DNA of 37,691 nucleotides from a virus: positions 1-37,691 of IMG/VR virus record IMGVR_UViG_3300011593_000002; one strand, given 5' to 3'. The position numbers and the translations under genes were made by a program. Shown one piece after another: positions 1 through 8,247 of the stretch. The notes beneath the pieces were generated by a model. It worked only from the letters and a program-made list of their open reading frames with translations. It searched no databases and was not told where the DNA came from. Each line of letters begins with the position of its first letter. Within the stretch, counting starts at the first letter, position 1.

Positions 1-73
1 GCATAGCACAGCCTGGTAGTGCACCTGGTTTGGGACCAGGGGGTCGTAGGTTCGAATCCTACTGCTCCGACCA
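1..73 (+). tRNA. tRNA-Pro (anticodon UGG), 5' end cut by window edge
   Basis: Positions 1-72 are identical to 37620-37691. The cloverleaf is readable: anticodon stem CCTGG/CCAGG with loop TTTGGGA (TGG), T-arm GTAGG-TTCGAAT-CCTAC, and acceptor 3' strand TGCTCCG + A + CCA ending at 73. The first 4 nt (CGGA) lie outside the window. Confidence 0.9.
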
Positions 74-285
74 TATTCTTGAAAATTAAAAGAAAAATAT
101 CAAAGTACAGGCTTTGATAACCTTGATCATAGGCTGAATTACTTCCCGATCGTGTAAATGACATACCACGTTAAATTCTTATTCCCATTCCCAACCTACT
201 CCCATGTATTTTTTTCGTATTGCTTGTAAAATCAGCGAAAAGGCTGTTTTTGAATATATAGAAAATAAATTGGGTATAGCGTTTT

Positions 286-545
286 TTTGAAGTAATAAAG
301 TAATATTTTAATTAATACTTATATATATCAATACTCTATATCATTAATCATATGTAATATTATTAGTAATAACTATGTAAGATATTACTGTGAAAAAAAG
401 TATTGTTATCTAAGATTTAGTATTAATAAAAACAATGACTTATAAAAAATTACTTATGTTATTACAAAAAATTACTCTTAGAAGTAAGGTTTTATATTAT
501 TAATTTTCAATTACTTATCTATTGGTATTACTTTATTACTTCAAA
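286..545. repeat. 20-bp perfect inverted repeat (286-305 vs 526-545) in the AT-rich att arm
   Basis: TTTGAAGTAATAAAGTAATA at 286-305 is the exact reverse complement of TATTACTTTATTACTTCAAA at 526-545. The interval between them is non-coding and full of ATTAC-containing short repeats. Confidence 0.85.
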
Positions 546-760
546 TCGATTTCAGATCCTTTAAAAAGACATTTTTATGTTCTTTAGTATCAGACAGCGA
601 TCAAATTTTTTACTCATTGGTTCGTATTAGCTTGAAACTGTAGTATCGTAGTAATATGCAGTATGAAAATTTCCTTATTTTTCTCTCAATAGCCTAAGTT
701 TTATAGGTCTTGCCGTTTTATCCAATAGTGCATCTTGCTGCAGTGAAATTGACTTATTTA

Positions 761-805
761 GACGAACCCCAGGCGCGCGGGTGACTGCGCCGGGCCACGG
801 TCTGA
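761..805. promoter_or_regulatory. Candidate cos (cohesive end / terminase recognition) region
   Basis: An isolated GC-rich island (gacgaaccccaggcgcgcgggtgactgcgccgggccacggtctg) lies in otherwise AT-rich non-coding DNA, about 100 bp downstream of the portal gene stop. P2-family cos sites are GC-rich and sit at this position next to Q. Confidence 0.4.
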
Positions 806-855
806 TCGATTTAGATGAGAATATTTCTCATTTGATTGAAATTTCTGAAAATCCA

Positions 856-882
856 TAAAAAAAGCCAGCTAATGCTGGCTTT
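856..882 (-). terminator. Rho-independent terminator after portal gene
   Basis: Stem AAAGCCAGC / GCTGGCTTT with loop TAAT. On the minus strand it is followed by a T-run (the A-run 856-863 on plus). Confidence 0.75.
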
Positions 883-898
883 AATGCTTTTTAGAATG

Positions 899-1963
899 TC
901 ATGTGACGTTCTTTAAGTCATATTCTTTAAATCTAATCACTTCATCACTAGCCCATTCATTTAATTGCTGCATGCGCGATTGAAGTGGAAGAATTTCATT
1001 TTGATAAAAGACCTCTGCAGCATCTTTGATAGATCCAAACCCACCGGTATTGTTTGGTACGATACCCATTAGTTGAGGTGGTATACGAAGTGCTGCTAAA
1101 GTATCGTCACGTGTGATGGATTTAATATTTGTGAAATCATCCTTTGCAGCGATTTCAGAAACAGGCAAGATCTGTATACCATCCTTTTTCCCTCCTGGTG
1201 CGTAGTAGAATAGATTACGGAAGTTGCCTGGTCCCTTGCTATCTTTCAGAGCCTGTCGTAATGCTGTGATGTCATTCGGATCTTGAGCAGCATCATTTAC
1301 ATATAAGATGAATCCAGCATGTGATCCATTGTTGTAGTACTTGCGACGGAACAGAGTAGCCGATTCATTAAGCCATGCACTTTGTAATGCGGATAGATAT
1401 TCCGGTGATCCATAAATTTCTTGATCGATATCAGCTTCACGGATATGACAAACTCGATTAGAAAATTCATATTCTTGATAGCCAAGATGATCATTACAAA
1501 GTAAGAAGAATTGATCATCATATTCACCACGTCGCATGTATTTTGCTAATGCTGGTTTATATTGCATTACATTTCCAAGTCTGGATCTCACCTCTTCGAG
1601 ATATGTATTACCACACCAAACATAGTCTAATGCGACCTGTTCAAATGCTTTTCGATTTAATTTTGCATGTGGAATAAATAAATTGGCTAGAAAATTACGT
1701 TTAAAAATAATGCCACTGTTCAAGTAGGGCGTCGATTTATAAGACTTTGCCAAGCCATTCATATTGACCTGTGGTTCATACCAACGGCCATTGAACCAAG
1801 ATTCCAAATAATCCGATAATTCATTGCCATTTAGCACTGGTACAGCATCGCCGAATGTAAAGGCCATTGACTCATGCTTAGTTTGTTTCATTTGGGTTTG
1901 AAACATTGGGATTTGGCTTTTTGCAAAACTGACTAAATTTTTTGCTGTCGATAGGGGATTCAT
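899..1963 (-). CDS. Q: Portal (capsid portal) protein, P2 gpQ family
   Basis: 354 aa. The N-terminal FTFGDAVPVL...WFNGRWYEPQV...GLAKSY motif matches remembered P2 gpQ / PBSX-type portals. It is adjacent to and co-oriented with the terminase ATPase gene. Confidence 0.9.
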   Translation of the reverse strand: MNPLSTAKNLVSFAKSQIPMFQTQMKQTKHESMAFTFGDAVPVLNGNELSDYLESWFNGRWYEPQVNMNGLAKSYKSTPYLNSGIIFKRNFLANLFIPHAKLNRKAFEQVALDYVWCGNTYLEEVRSRLGNVMQYKPALAKYMRRGEYDDQFFLLCNDHLGYQEYEFSNRVCHIREADIDQEIYGSPEYLSALQSAWLNESATLFRRKYYNNGSHAGFILYVNDAAQDPNDITALRQALKDSKGPGNFRNLFYYAPGGKKDGIQILPVSEIAAKDDFTNIKSITRDDTLAALRIPPQLMGIVPNNTGGFGSIKDAAEVFYQNEILPLQSRMQQLNEWASDEVIRFKEYDLKNVT

Positions 1964-3741
1964 TAATAGATCTCCAAGAATGATTGATTCATTTGTGTTT
2001 GGCCTTCAAGTGGTTCATTGTGAATTGCATGCATCAATGCCCAAGCTAGATCCGCATGTCCTGTTTCTTCAGAACGACCAGCTGTAAACGTCATTTGTCT
2101 TTGACTTGCTGTTAATGTTTTTTTGATGCTCATTAAAGATTGAGATAGATCTGTCCAGCCTGCGTCATACTCAAGCCGACCGTGACGGATCACGTCCATT
2201 GTTTTTAATACAAGCCGTGTCTTTACTTCAGGTGAATAGCTGAATTCAGTCACATTTGGGAAAAATTGCTTAACCAGTTGAGATACACCCGTTCCCATTC
2301 CAGTGATGTCTACGCCAATGTAAGTCACGTAATAACGCGAAGTTGTTTGTCGAATCATTTCAGCTTGAGCTTTGAAATCCATTCCTCGGAATTGAATGCG
2401 TTCTAATACTCGGAACTTACCTCCTGCAACTTTAGGCGGTGCAACGACGACCATACCTGCACTGTCGCCACTTTCAGCAGGGTCATAACCTATCCATACA
2501 GGATTATCGCTAAAAGGACGTATATGAAATGGTCTAAAATCAAACTCCCATGCCTCCCAAGAATCCACCATGCATGGCTGTAACATGGCTAATGGAAATA
2601 TTGATGCGCCATCATCAATAAATTCGCACATCAACAAATTGGCAAATTCTTCTGGTGAGTACTCGAAGCGTAGCTCCTCGATGTCGAACAGATCACAACC
2701 GCCATTTTCAGCATCAAGAATAGTGACAATCTGACGCCACATCCGATCTTCGCATAAGCGTCCATTTTTCAATGCATCATGAGATACATCGATATTGAGC
2801 TTTTGATCTTTTGATCGACCACGATTGGCTCGCGTGCCAGTCCAGAATGTATATGCTTCATGCGCCATTGTGGATGGTGTAGAAAAATACGTTTTACGCC
2901 ATTTTTTATGCAAAGCCATTGCAGATGCGACTTTGTTTAATTCATTGAAACCAAACGTCCAGAAAAATTCATCAAAGTAAAAATTACCGTGGTGACCTTG
3001 AGCTGTACGATAATTTGTTCCGAGAAATGACAAAGTTGCTTGATTGTTATCTGGTAGAACAATTGGATCTCCAACTAATTCAACACCACAAGCTTCGTAT
3101 GCAAAACCTTTGATATATTCTTTGAAGATATGCGCTTGAGCTTTTGAAGCAGATAAGAAAATCTGATTACGGCCAGTTTTAACAGCATCGACCAACGCTT
3201 CACGCGCAAAATACCAAGTCGCACCAATCTGCCGACTTTTTAAAATGACTCGCGTACGCTGATTGCCAGCTTTGTACCAATCGCGCTGATAGTCAAAAAG
3301 ACTATCTTCAAAAGCTGAAATGAGTTGTTCGACTTGTTCTTCAGTGAATGTATTGCTTTCTTTTTTCTTTTTTGGTGCCGCATTACGTTTTACGATATTC
3401 GGATTTAGGTCAGCTTCATTGCCACCATCTTTGTAGCGTTCAATACGCGCAAATTCTTTGTAGTTTTTAAATAGTTCGCCAAGCTCTTTATAGTCGCCAC
3501 TCGATTTTTTGTTTTTAAGTGTGAGTGTCATCAAGCGAACGGTCAGTGCTTCTTCAACGCGACTGTCTGATCTCGTTTTGTCCCATTCTTCTCGTGTTTT
3601 CCAAGCCTGAACTGTACGTTCGTTTTCGTCCAACGCTTCAGCTATGTCAACGATTTTCCAGCCAAGCCAGAATAAAAATTTTGCCTTGAGTTTGTTATCG
3701 AGTATCAGCTCAAGATTAGCCAGTTGAGAGAGTTCGTTCAT
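1963..3741 (-). CDS. P: Terminase large (ATPase) subunit, P2 gpP family
   Basis: 592 aa. RQIGATWYFAREAL region typical of gpP. Its stop overlaps the Q start (1963). Divergent from the O operon as in P2. Confidence 0.9.
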   Translation of the reverse strand: MNELSQLANLELILDNKLKAKFLFWLGWKIVDIAEALDENERTVQAWKTREEWDKTRSDSRVEEALTVRLMTLTLKNKKSSGDYKELGELFKNYKEFARIERYKDGGNEADLNPNIVKRNAAPKKKKESNTFTEEQVEQLISAFEDSLFDYQRDWYKAGNQRTRVILKSRQIGATWYFAREALVDAVKTGRNQIFLSASKAQAHIFKEYIKGFAYEACGVELVGDPIVLPDNNQATLSFLGTNYRTAQGHHGNFYFDEFFWTFGFNELNKVASAMALHKKWRKTYFSTPSTMAHEAYTFWTGTRANRGRSKDQKLNIDVSHDALKNGRLCEDRMWRQIVTILDAENGGCDLFDIEELRFEYSPEEFANLLMCEFIDDGASIFPLAMLQPCMVDSWEAWEFDFRPFHIRPFSDNPVWIGYDPAESGDSAGMVVVAPPKVAGGKFRVLERIQFRGMDFKAQAEMIRQTTSRYYVTYIGVDITGMGTGVSQLVKQFFPNVTEFSYSPEVKTRLVLKTMDVIRHGRLEYDAGWTDLSQSLMSIKKTLTASQRQMTFTAGRSEETGHADLAWALMHAIHNEPLEGQTQMNQSFLEIY

Positions 3742-3807
3742 GTCCTGCGGATCGATTTGGTTTCATCCGCAAACGATGGCAGGCACTGACTCTTTTAGCA
3801 GTTCAAT

Positions 3808-3836
3808 GCAGTTGTAAAAGCACTTTTAACAACTGC
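3808..3836. promoter_or_regulatory. Late-promoter activator (Ogr-type) binding dyad between divergent P and O operons
   Basis: GCAGTTGT-N13-ACAACTGC is a perfect 8-bp inverted repeat. The same AGTTGT-N13-ACAACT dyad recurs at 10055-10079 and 15342-15366, upstream of the V and FI operons. Confidence 0.6.
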
Positions 3837-3919
3837 AAATGATTGAACAACAAGGCTTTGATTGCCCATTCTGCACCTATTGAAATTGCCCAAAAAAACC
3901 TTGCAACAGGTGCAGCAAA

Positions 3920-4750
3920 ATGACCGAAAAAACACAGCCGAAAAAATTTAAATCGAAATGGTTTCGAGTTGCCGTGGCTGGTGACACCACCGATGGACGT
4001 GAAATTCAGCCTGAATGGATCATCCAAATGGCACAGACATATAGTTTGAATACCTATGGTGCTCGAATCAATTTGGAGCATATTAAGGGCGTTTCACCAG
4101 ATGGAATTTTCGGTGCGTATGGCGATGTGATTGCGCTTAAAACTGAAAAAGTAGACATCAGTGGTGAACAGAAAGATGCACTATTTGCGCAGATCCAGCC
4201 AAATGATAATTTGATTGCCCTCAATCAGAAAAATCAAAAAATTTATACATCTATCGAAGTAGATGAAAATTTTGCAAAAACTGGCCAAGCGTATTTGGTA
4301 GGTCTTGCCGTTACAGATAGTCCAGCGTCTCTGGGTACAGAAATGCTTTCGTTCGCAGCGGGTGCTACTGAAAACCCATTAAAGGCCAAAAAACAACGTC
4401 CCGATAACCTTTTCACTGCAGCTCAAGAAACCACGTTTGAATTCGAAGAAGTCAAAGAAAATTTTGGCGCTAACTTTCTGAACCAAATTAAAAATTTGTT
4501 CAAAACTCAAGAGCAACAACAGCAGCAAAATCAAGAAAATTTCAGCCAAAGTGAGCAAGCGATCCTTGCGATTGCTGAACAGACTGCCGAGCAGGGCACT
4601 GAATTTAATCAGTTAAAGCAAAAGCATGAGCAGCTGCAGCAAGAATTCAATCAATTGAAATCAAAGCTGGATCAAGAACCACAACATCAAAAACGCCCTG
4701 GTTCAAACAACAGCCAATTTAAGCATGACGAAGAAGAAGTCGACTGTTAA
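3920..4750 (+). CDS. O: Capsid scaffolding protein, P2 gpO family
   Basis: 276 aa. SKWFRVAVAGDTTDGREI...YGARINLEH matches the remembered gpO N-terminus. The C-terminus is Q/E-rich and coiled-coil-like. Confidence 0.9.
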   Translation: MTEKTQPKKFKSKWFRVAVAGDTTDGREIQPEWIIQMAQTYSLNTYGARINLEHIKGVSPDGIFGAYGDVIALKTEKVDISGEQKDALFAQIQPNDNLIALNQKNQKIYTSIEVDENFAKTGQAYLVGLAVTDSPASLGTEMLSFAAGATENPLKAKKQRPDNLFTAAQETTFEFEEVKENFGANFLNQIKNLFKTQEQQQQQNQENFSQSEQAILAIAEQTAEQGTEFNQLKQKHEQLQQEFNQLKSKLDQEPQHQKRPGSNNSQFKHDEEEVDC

Positions 4751-4794
4751 TTCAGTCGATATATCTCCCTTTCAAAATATTTAGAGTATAGAAA

Positions 4795-5805
4795 ATGCAA
4801 TTACTTACCCGTCAGAAATACAATAAGGTGATGACTCAATTAGCAGAGCTAAATGGTGTTGAAACAGTCACTCAGCAGTTCAATGTCACGCCTTCTGTTC
4901 AGCAAAAGCTTAAAGAAAAACTTCAAGAGTCATCTAAGTTTCTAAGTTTAATTAACGTTTATATTGTTCGAGAACAGTCAGCGGAAGCAATTGGTATGGG
5001 AATCTCTCGACCAATTGCATCTCGTACCAATACAAATAACAGCGATCGTCAAACCAAAGATCCAACTGGAATGGATAATCGCTTTTATTTTTGTCGTAAA
5101 ACTGATTTTGATACAGCTATCAAGTATCAAAAACTGGATCAGTGGGCCAAGTTCAAAAATTTTTATGCAATGTTCCGTGGTCTGATTATCAAACGACAAG
5201 CGCTAGACCGTATCATGATTGGATTTAATGGTACCAGTATCGCAGCCGATACAGACATTGTAGCCAATCCAAAACTTCAAGATGTGAACAAAGGTTGGTT
5301 GCAAAAAATGCGTGAAGAGAATCCTTCACGTGTCATGAAGTCTGGTGCCACTCAAAACAAAATTACGATTGGCAAAACAGGTGATTACAAAAACATTGAT
5401 GCCTTGGTCATGAATATTGTCGACGAAATGATCGATGAAGTGCATCAAGATAATCCTGATCTTGTCGTCATGTGTAACCGAAAAACTGTATCAGATAAGT
5501 ACTTTCCGTTAGTCAATCAAGATCAACCGAACACTGAAAAGTTAGCAGCCGACATCATCATCAGTCAAAAGCGCATGGGTAATCTGCCTGTTTACTCAGT
5601 ACCATTCTTTCCTGAAGGCATCATTTTGGTGACGACTTTCGATAACTTGTCCATTTACATGCAAGAAGGTGGTATGCGTCGAGTAGTTATTGACAATCCG
5701 AAACGTGACCAAATCGAAAATTATGAATCTTCAAATGAAGATTACTTCATTGAAGATTTGGGTCTTGCTTGTATGGCTGAAAACATCGAAATTCAGGCGG
5801 AGTAA
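4795..5805 (+). CDS. N: Major capsid protein, P2 gpN family
   Basis: 336 aa. The N-terminus (...LAELNGV...FNVTPSVQQKL...LQESSKFLSLINV) parallels P2 gpN. Position after O. Confidence 0.9.
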   Translation: MQLLTRQKYNKVMTQLAELNGVETVTQQFNVTPSVQQKLKEKLQESSKFLSLINVYIVREQSAEAIGMGISRPIASRTNTNNSDRQTKDPTGMDNRFYFCRKTDFDTAIKYQKLDQWAKFKNFYAMFRGLIIKRQALDRIMIGFNGTSIAADTDIVANPKLQDVNKGWLQKMREENPSRVMKSGATQNKITIGKTGDYKNIDALVMNIVDEMIDEVHQDNPDLVVMCNRKTVSDKYFPLVNQDQPNTEKLAADIIISQKRMGNLPVYSVPFFPEGIILVTTFDNLSIYMQEGGMRRVVIDNPKRDQIENYESSNEDYFIEDLGLACMAENIEIQAE

Positions 5806-5811
5806 TAATCC

Positions 5812-6660
5812 ATGAACTTGGCTCGAAAGCACTATCAACAGCATCAAGCCAAATCCGCAGCTGAATCAGCTGCGGAGTTCGGAACGATGCAAAATACCAA
5901 CGCTTATGAACAGCAATTAATGCAGCTCAATAGCGATAAAAACCGTCTGAAAAATATTCAGTCAAAACAAAACAAAGTCGAACTGAAACGCCAGTTACTA
6001 CCAAATTACAAACCATATCTTCAAGGCATTCTAGAAGTGAAGCCAGGTGTACAAGATGCAGTAGTCACTGAAATGTTGGTTTGGTCAATCGATGTTGCTG
6101 AATACGACTTTGCGTTGGATCTTGCTGAATATGTCCTCAAGCACGGATTAAAACTTCCCGATCGTTTTGAGCGTTCTGAAGCGTGTTTCATCACTGAAGA
6201 CATTGCCGATGAATTTTTAAAAGTGCTTAAAACGGATGTATCTATTGATATCACTGTGCTTGAACGACTTGAAAGTTTGATTACAGATGAGTCACTGGAT
6301 AAGTCCAAACGTGATATGCCTGACGAGGTAAAGGCCAAACTTTATCTGGCATTGGGTAAAGCTGAAATGCGTTTGATTACTGGTGAGCAGCTTGTCGATT
6401 TAGTACACGCAACTCGTGCACGTGATTTTCTAGAACAAGCTTGCAAACTAGATGATAAATGCGGTGGGCGAACAGATCTCAATAAAATGATCAAGCTTGT
6501 CTCTAAGTCACAACCAGCCGTTGCGCCAGCGGTTGAAACTGAATCAAAGCCAGAACCAGAACCAACAACCGAACAACCAGAAGCAACCAACGTTTTGCTG
6601 AATCAAAACGGAACGCCTGTCGTCGACGATCACGGCAGTATGGTACCAGCTTCTGAATAA
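5812..6660 (+). CDS. M: Terminase small/endonuclease subunit, P2 gpM family
   Basis: 282 aa. YEQQLMQL...KRQLLPNY...MLVWSIDV...YVLKHGLKLP parallels P2 gpM. It has a P/E-rich C-terminal tail. Confidence 0.85.
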   Translation: MNLARKHYQQHQAKSAAESAAEFGTMQNTNAYEQQLMQLNSDKNRLKNIQSKQNKVELKRQLLPNYKPYLQGILEVKPGVQDAVVTEMLVWSIDVAEYDFALDLAEYVLKHGLKLPDRFERSEACFITEDIADEFLKVLKTDVSIDITVLERLESLITDESLDKSKRDMPDEVKAKLYLALGKAEMRLITGEQLVDLVHATRARDFLEQACKLDDKCGGRTDLNKMIKLVSKSQPAVAPAVETESKPEPEPTTEQPEATNVLLNQNGTPVVDDHGSMVPASE

Positions 6661-6758
6661 GTGCCCCGCACCGCACTGGAGTGCAAAGGTCGTGATCTTC
6701 ACATCACAGTAAATCTTCAACGAGCCTTTGCCCCTCCCAGTGCCCTAAGGAGATTCTT

Positions 6759-7208
6759 ATGGGCTTTGTCGCAAACGGCAGTACCACGCCAAGCAACATC
6801 AATATTACCAGTGGCACTTTTTTCCCAAGTATTTCACTCGATCAAATTCGGGATGTGGTTCGTATCGATGGTGCAGTAACAGATGCTCGACTCCGTCAAT
6901 TGGTTCTTGAAGAAATCATCGATACCAATCGTTTGCTTGCAAGCTTGGTCATGAAAGCAGACACATTGGCAGATCTGGCAATAAGCATCATCGATGGTAA
7001 GCCAGATACCGAAGTTCTATATTTTTCGGCTGTATCCAACGGTGTAGCAGCCAAAGTAAATGAAAACTATCGGAATTATGACAGTACAAATTCAGGTAAT
7101 AAAAAAGCTGAACATGCCTTTTTGACTGTAGAAGATTATCGCCGCAACAAGATGTGGGCGATTCAGCAGATTAAAGGCGAAAACCATAGTGTCGTGGAGT
7201 TGATATGA
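6759..7208 (+). CDS. L: Head completion/stabilisation protein, P2 gpL family
   Basis: 149 aa, positioned after M. SD-like aaggag lies 8 nt upstream of the ATG. The overlapping ORF 6661-6879 is rejected. Confidence 0.8.
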   Translation: MGFVANGSTTPSNINITSGTFFPSISLDQIRDVVRIDGAVTDARLRQLVLEEIIDTNRLLASLVMKADTLADLAISIIDGKPDTEVLYFSAVSNGVAAKVNENYRNYDSTNSGNKKAEHAFLTVEDYRRNKMWAIQQIKGENHSVVELI

Positions 7209-7408
7209 GAGGTTTAAAAAATATTTTTTTAGCTTCAACAGTGCTTGGCGGATTGACTGCGTCTACTACAACTCTTCCAAGAGCAATTGGTATAACGACT
7301 TTAATATCATCACCAAGAAATTTTTATTTTATTCCGCGTCCATCAAAAAAGTTGAATAAAGTTAGTCAAAAAAAACGTCGATTGAAACGTCGACAAACAG
7401 GTAAGTGA
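7205..7408 (+). CDS. Small hypothetical protein (hydrophobic N-terminus, strongly basic C-terminus)
   Basis: 67 aa. ATGA overlap with the L stop, tightly packed before X. No recognisable motif. Confidence 0.45.
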   Translation: MRGLKNIFLASTVLGGLTASTTTLPRAIGITTLISSPRNFYFIPRPSKKLNKVSQKKRRLKRRQTGK

Positions 7409-7409
7409 T

Positions 7410-7622
7410 ATGAGCAGAACCGTCACAGCCGTCCAAAATGACACGATTGACTCAATTTGCTGGCGATATTACGGACGTAGCTCTGGCGTGGTTGAAGCAG
7501 TACTTGAAGCAAATCCCAATCTGGCAGACGTCGGTGTTTTTCTGCCAATCGGTACATCCGTGATTCTTCCCGACATCGATACACCACAACAAACCAAACA
7601 AACAATACAACTGTGGGATTAA
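7410..7622 (+). CDS. X: Tail protein X (LysM-like), P2 gpX family
   Basis: 70 aa. DTIDSICWRYYGRSSGVVEAVLEANPNLADVG..LP.GT...LPDI closely parallels P2 gpX. Confidence 0.9.
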   Translation: MSRTVTAVQNDTIDSICWRYYGRSSGVVEAVLEANPNLADVGVFLPIGTSVILPDIDTPQQTKQTIQLWD

Positions 7623-7624
7623 TA

Positions 7625-7978
7625 ATGCCAGAACCAACTACGACCACCAGTATTTCAACACTGACATTGAGTGCTGCATCACTACTGCCTTTTATCAATG
7701 GTAACGCACTTTTAGGAGCAGTATTAGGAGCTGCATTCATTTCAACTTATGAAAAAAATCTGACAGCCCTTTCACGCCTACGCACCATGCTGCTTTCGAC
7801 CGGAATTGGTTATCTGCTCGCCCCTGAAATTACTAGTCGGACTTTTATTACCAGTGATGCGACAGCAGCACTGATTACATCGACATTTTCGTTATTTATT
7901 TTGATCAAGGCTGTGGACTGGGTAAAAGCCAGCAAGCTTTCAGATCTTTGGAAAGCCTTTCGAGGAGGATCATCATGA
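7625..7978 (+). CDS. Putative holin / lysis membrane protein
   Basis: 117 aa from the ATG at 7625 (the ORF track starts at GTG 7613). Multiple hydrophobic segments. It holds the position of P2 Y, immediately after X. Confidence 0.5.
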   Translation: MPEPTTTTSISTLTLSAASLLPFINGNALLGAVLGAAFISTYEKNLTALSRLRTMLLSTGIGYLLAPEITSRTFITSDATAALITSTFSLFILIKAVDWVKASKLSDLWKAFRGGSS

Positions 7979-8247
7979 TTGAATTTCTATTCCAGTTGAT
8001 CGCTGTTATTGCGTATATGCTCTGTGGCATTCGCATTGTTTGCTTCAATCGAAATGACACAGATTTTCACCGTGGATACTCATTTCTAGCGACATTACTT
8101 ATTGCATCTTTTATGGGACAAGCTGTCCATATCTTATTCTTTAAAGATCCAGTCACATTGTGGGATGCGATATTTGCAGTCCTTTTGGCTGTTCTGATTT
8201 TTCGAGCAAAAGGTAATGTGGCCAAGCTTATCTGGAGTACATCATGA
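7975..8247 (+). CDS. Putative holin/antiholin-like membrane protein
   Basis: 90 aa from the ATG at 7975, with GGAGG SD and ATGA overlap with the upstream stop. About three hydrophobic helices. Immediately precedes the endolysin. Confidence 0.5.
   Translation: MIEFLFQLIAVIAYMLCGIRIVCFNRNDTDFHRGYSFLATLLIASFMGQAVHILFFKDPVTLWDAIFAVLLAVLIFRAKGNVAKLIWSTS

Noticed and set aside
300-560. Possible CRISPR array or tandem-repeat locus in the AT-rich left arm.
   Set aside because: The repeats are short (8-9 nt), degenerate, irregularly spaced and in both orientations. There is no regular repeat-spacer periodicity and there are no cas genes.
1297-1530. Nested or antisense ORFs inside well-supported genes. 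Examples: 1297-1530, 3803-4081, 4964-5199, 6021-6590, 7423-7740, 8347-9240, 10446-10631, 10839-11048, 11991-12203, 12446-12688, 12939-15107 (several), 15952-16418, 16592-17123, 17605-17796, 18045-20369 (several), 20948-22197 (several), 25407-25655, 27718-28041, 28341-28610, 29385-29585, 30916-32786 (several), 33537-33800, 34227-34575, 35023-35578 and 36209-37033.
   Set aside because: All lie within, or antisense to, longer ORFs with clear phage-family similarity. They lack SD sequences and have low-complexity or atypical composition, so they are treated as frame shadows.
4500-4700. Q-rich low-complexity run (QEQQQQQNQENF...) in the scaffold protein as a possible repeat-expansion locus.
   Set aside because: Glu/Gln-rich coiled-coil C-termini are normal for gpO-type scaffolding proteins. 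The DNA is not a perfect trinucleotide repeat.
6661-6758. Relatively GC-rich M-L intergenic segment with nested hairpins (GCAAAGG...CCTTTGC at 6683-6731, GTGAT/ATCAC inside) and an overlapping 72-aa ORF (6661-6879).
   Set aside because: The ORF starts with GTG, lacks an SD and overlaps the well-supported L gene. The hairpins have no T-run and could simply be mRNA processing or stability structure. There is not enough evidence for a distinct feature.
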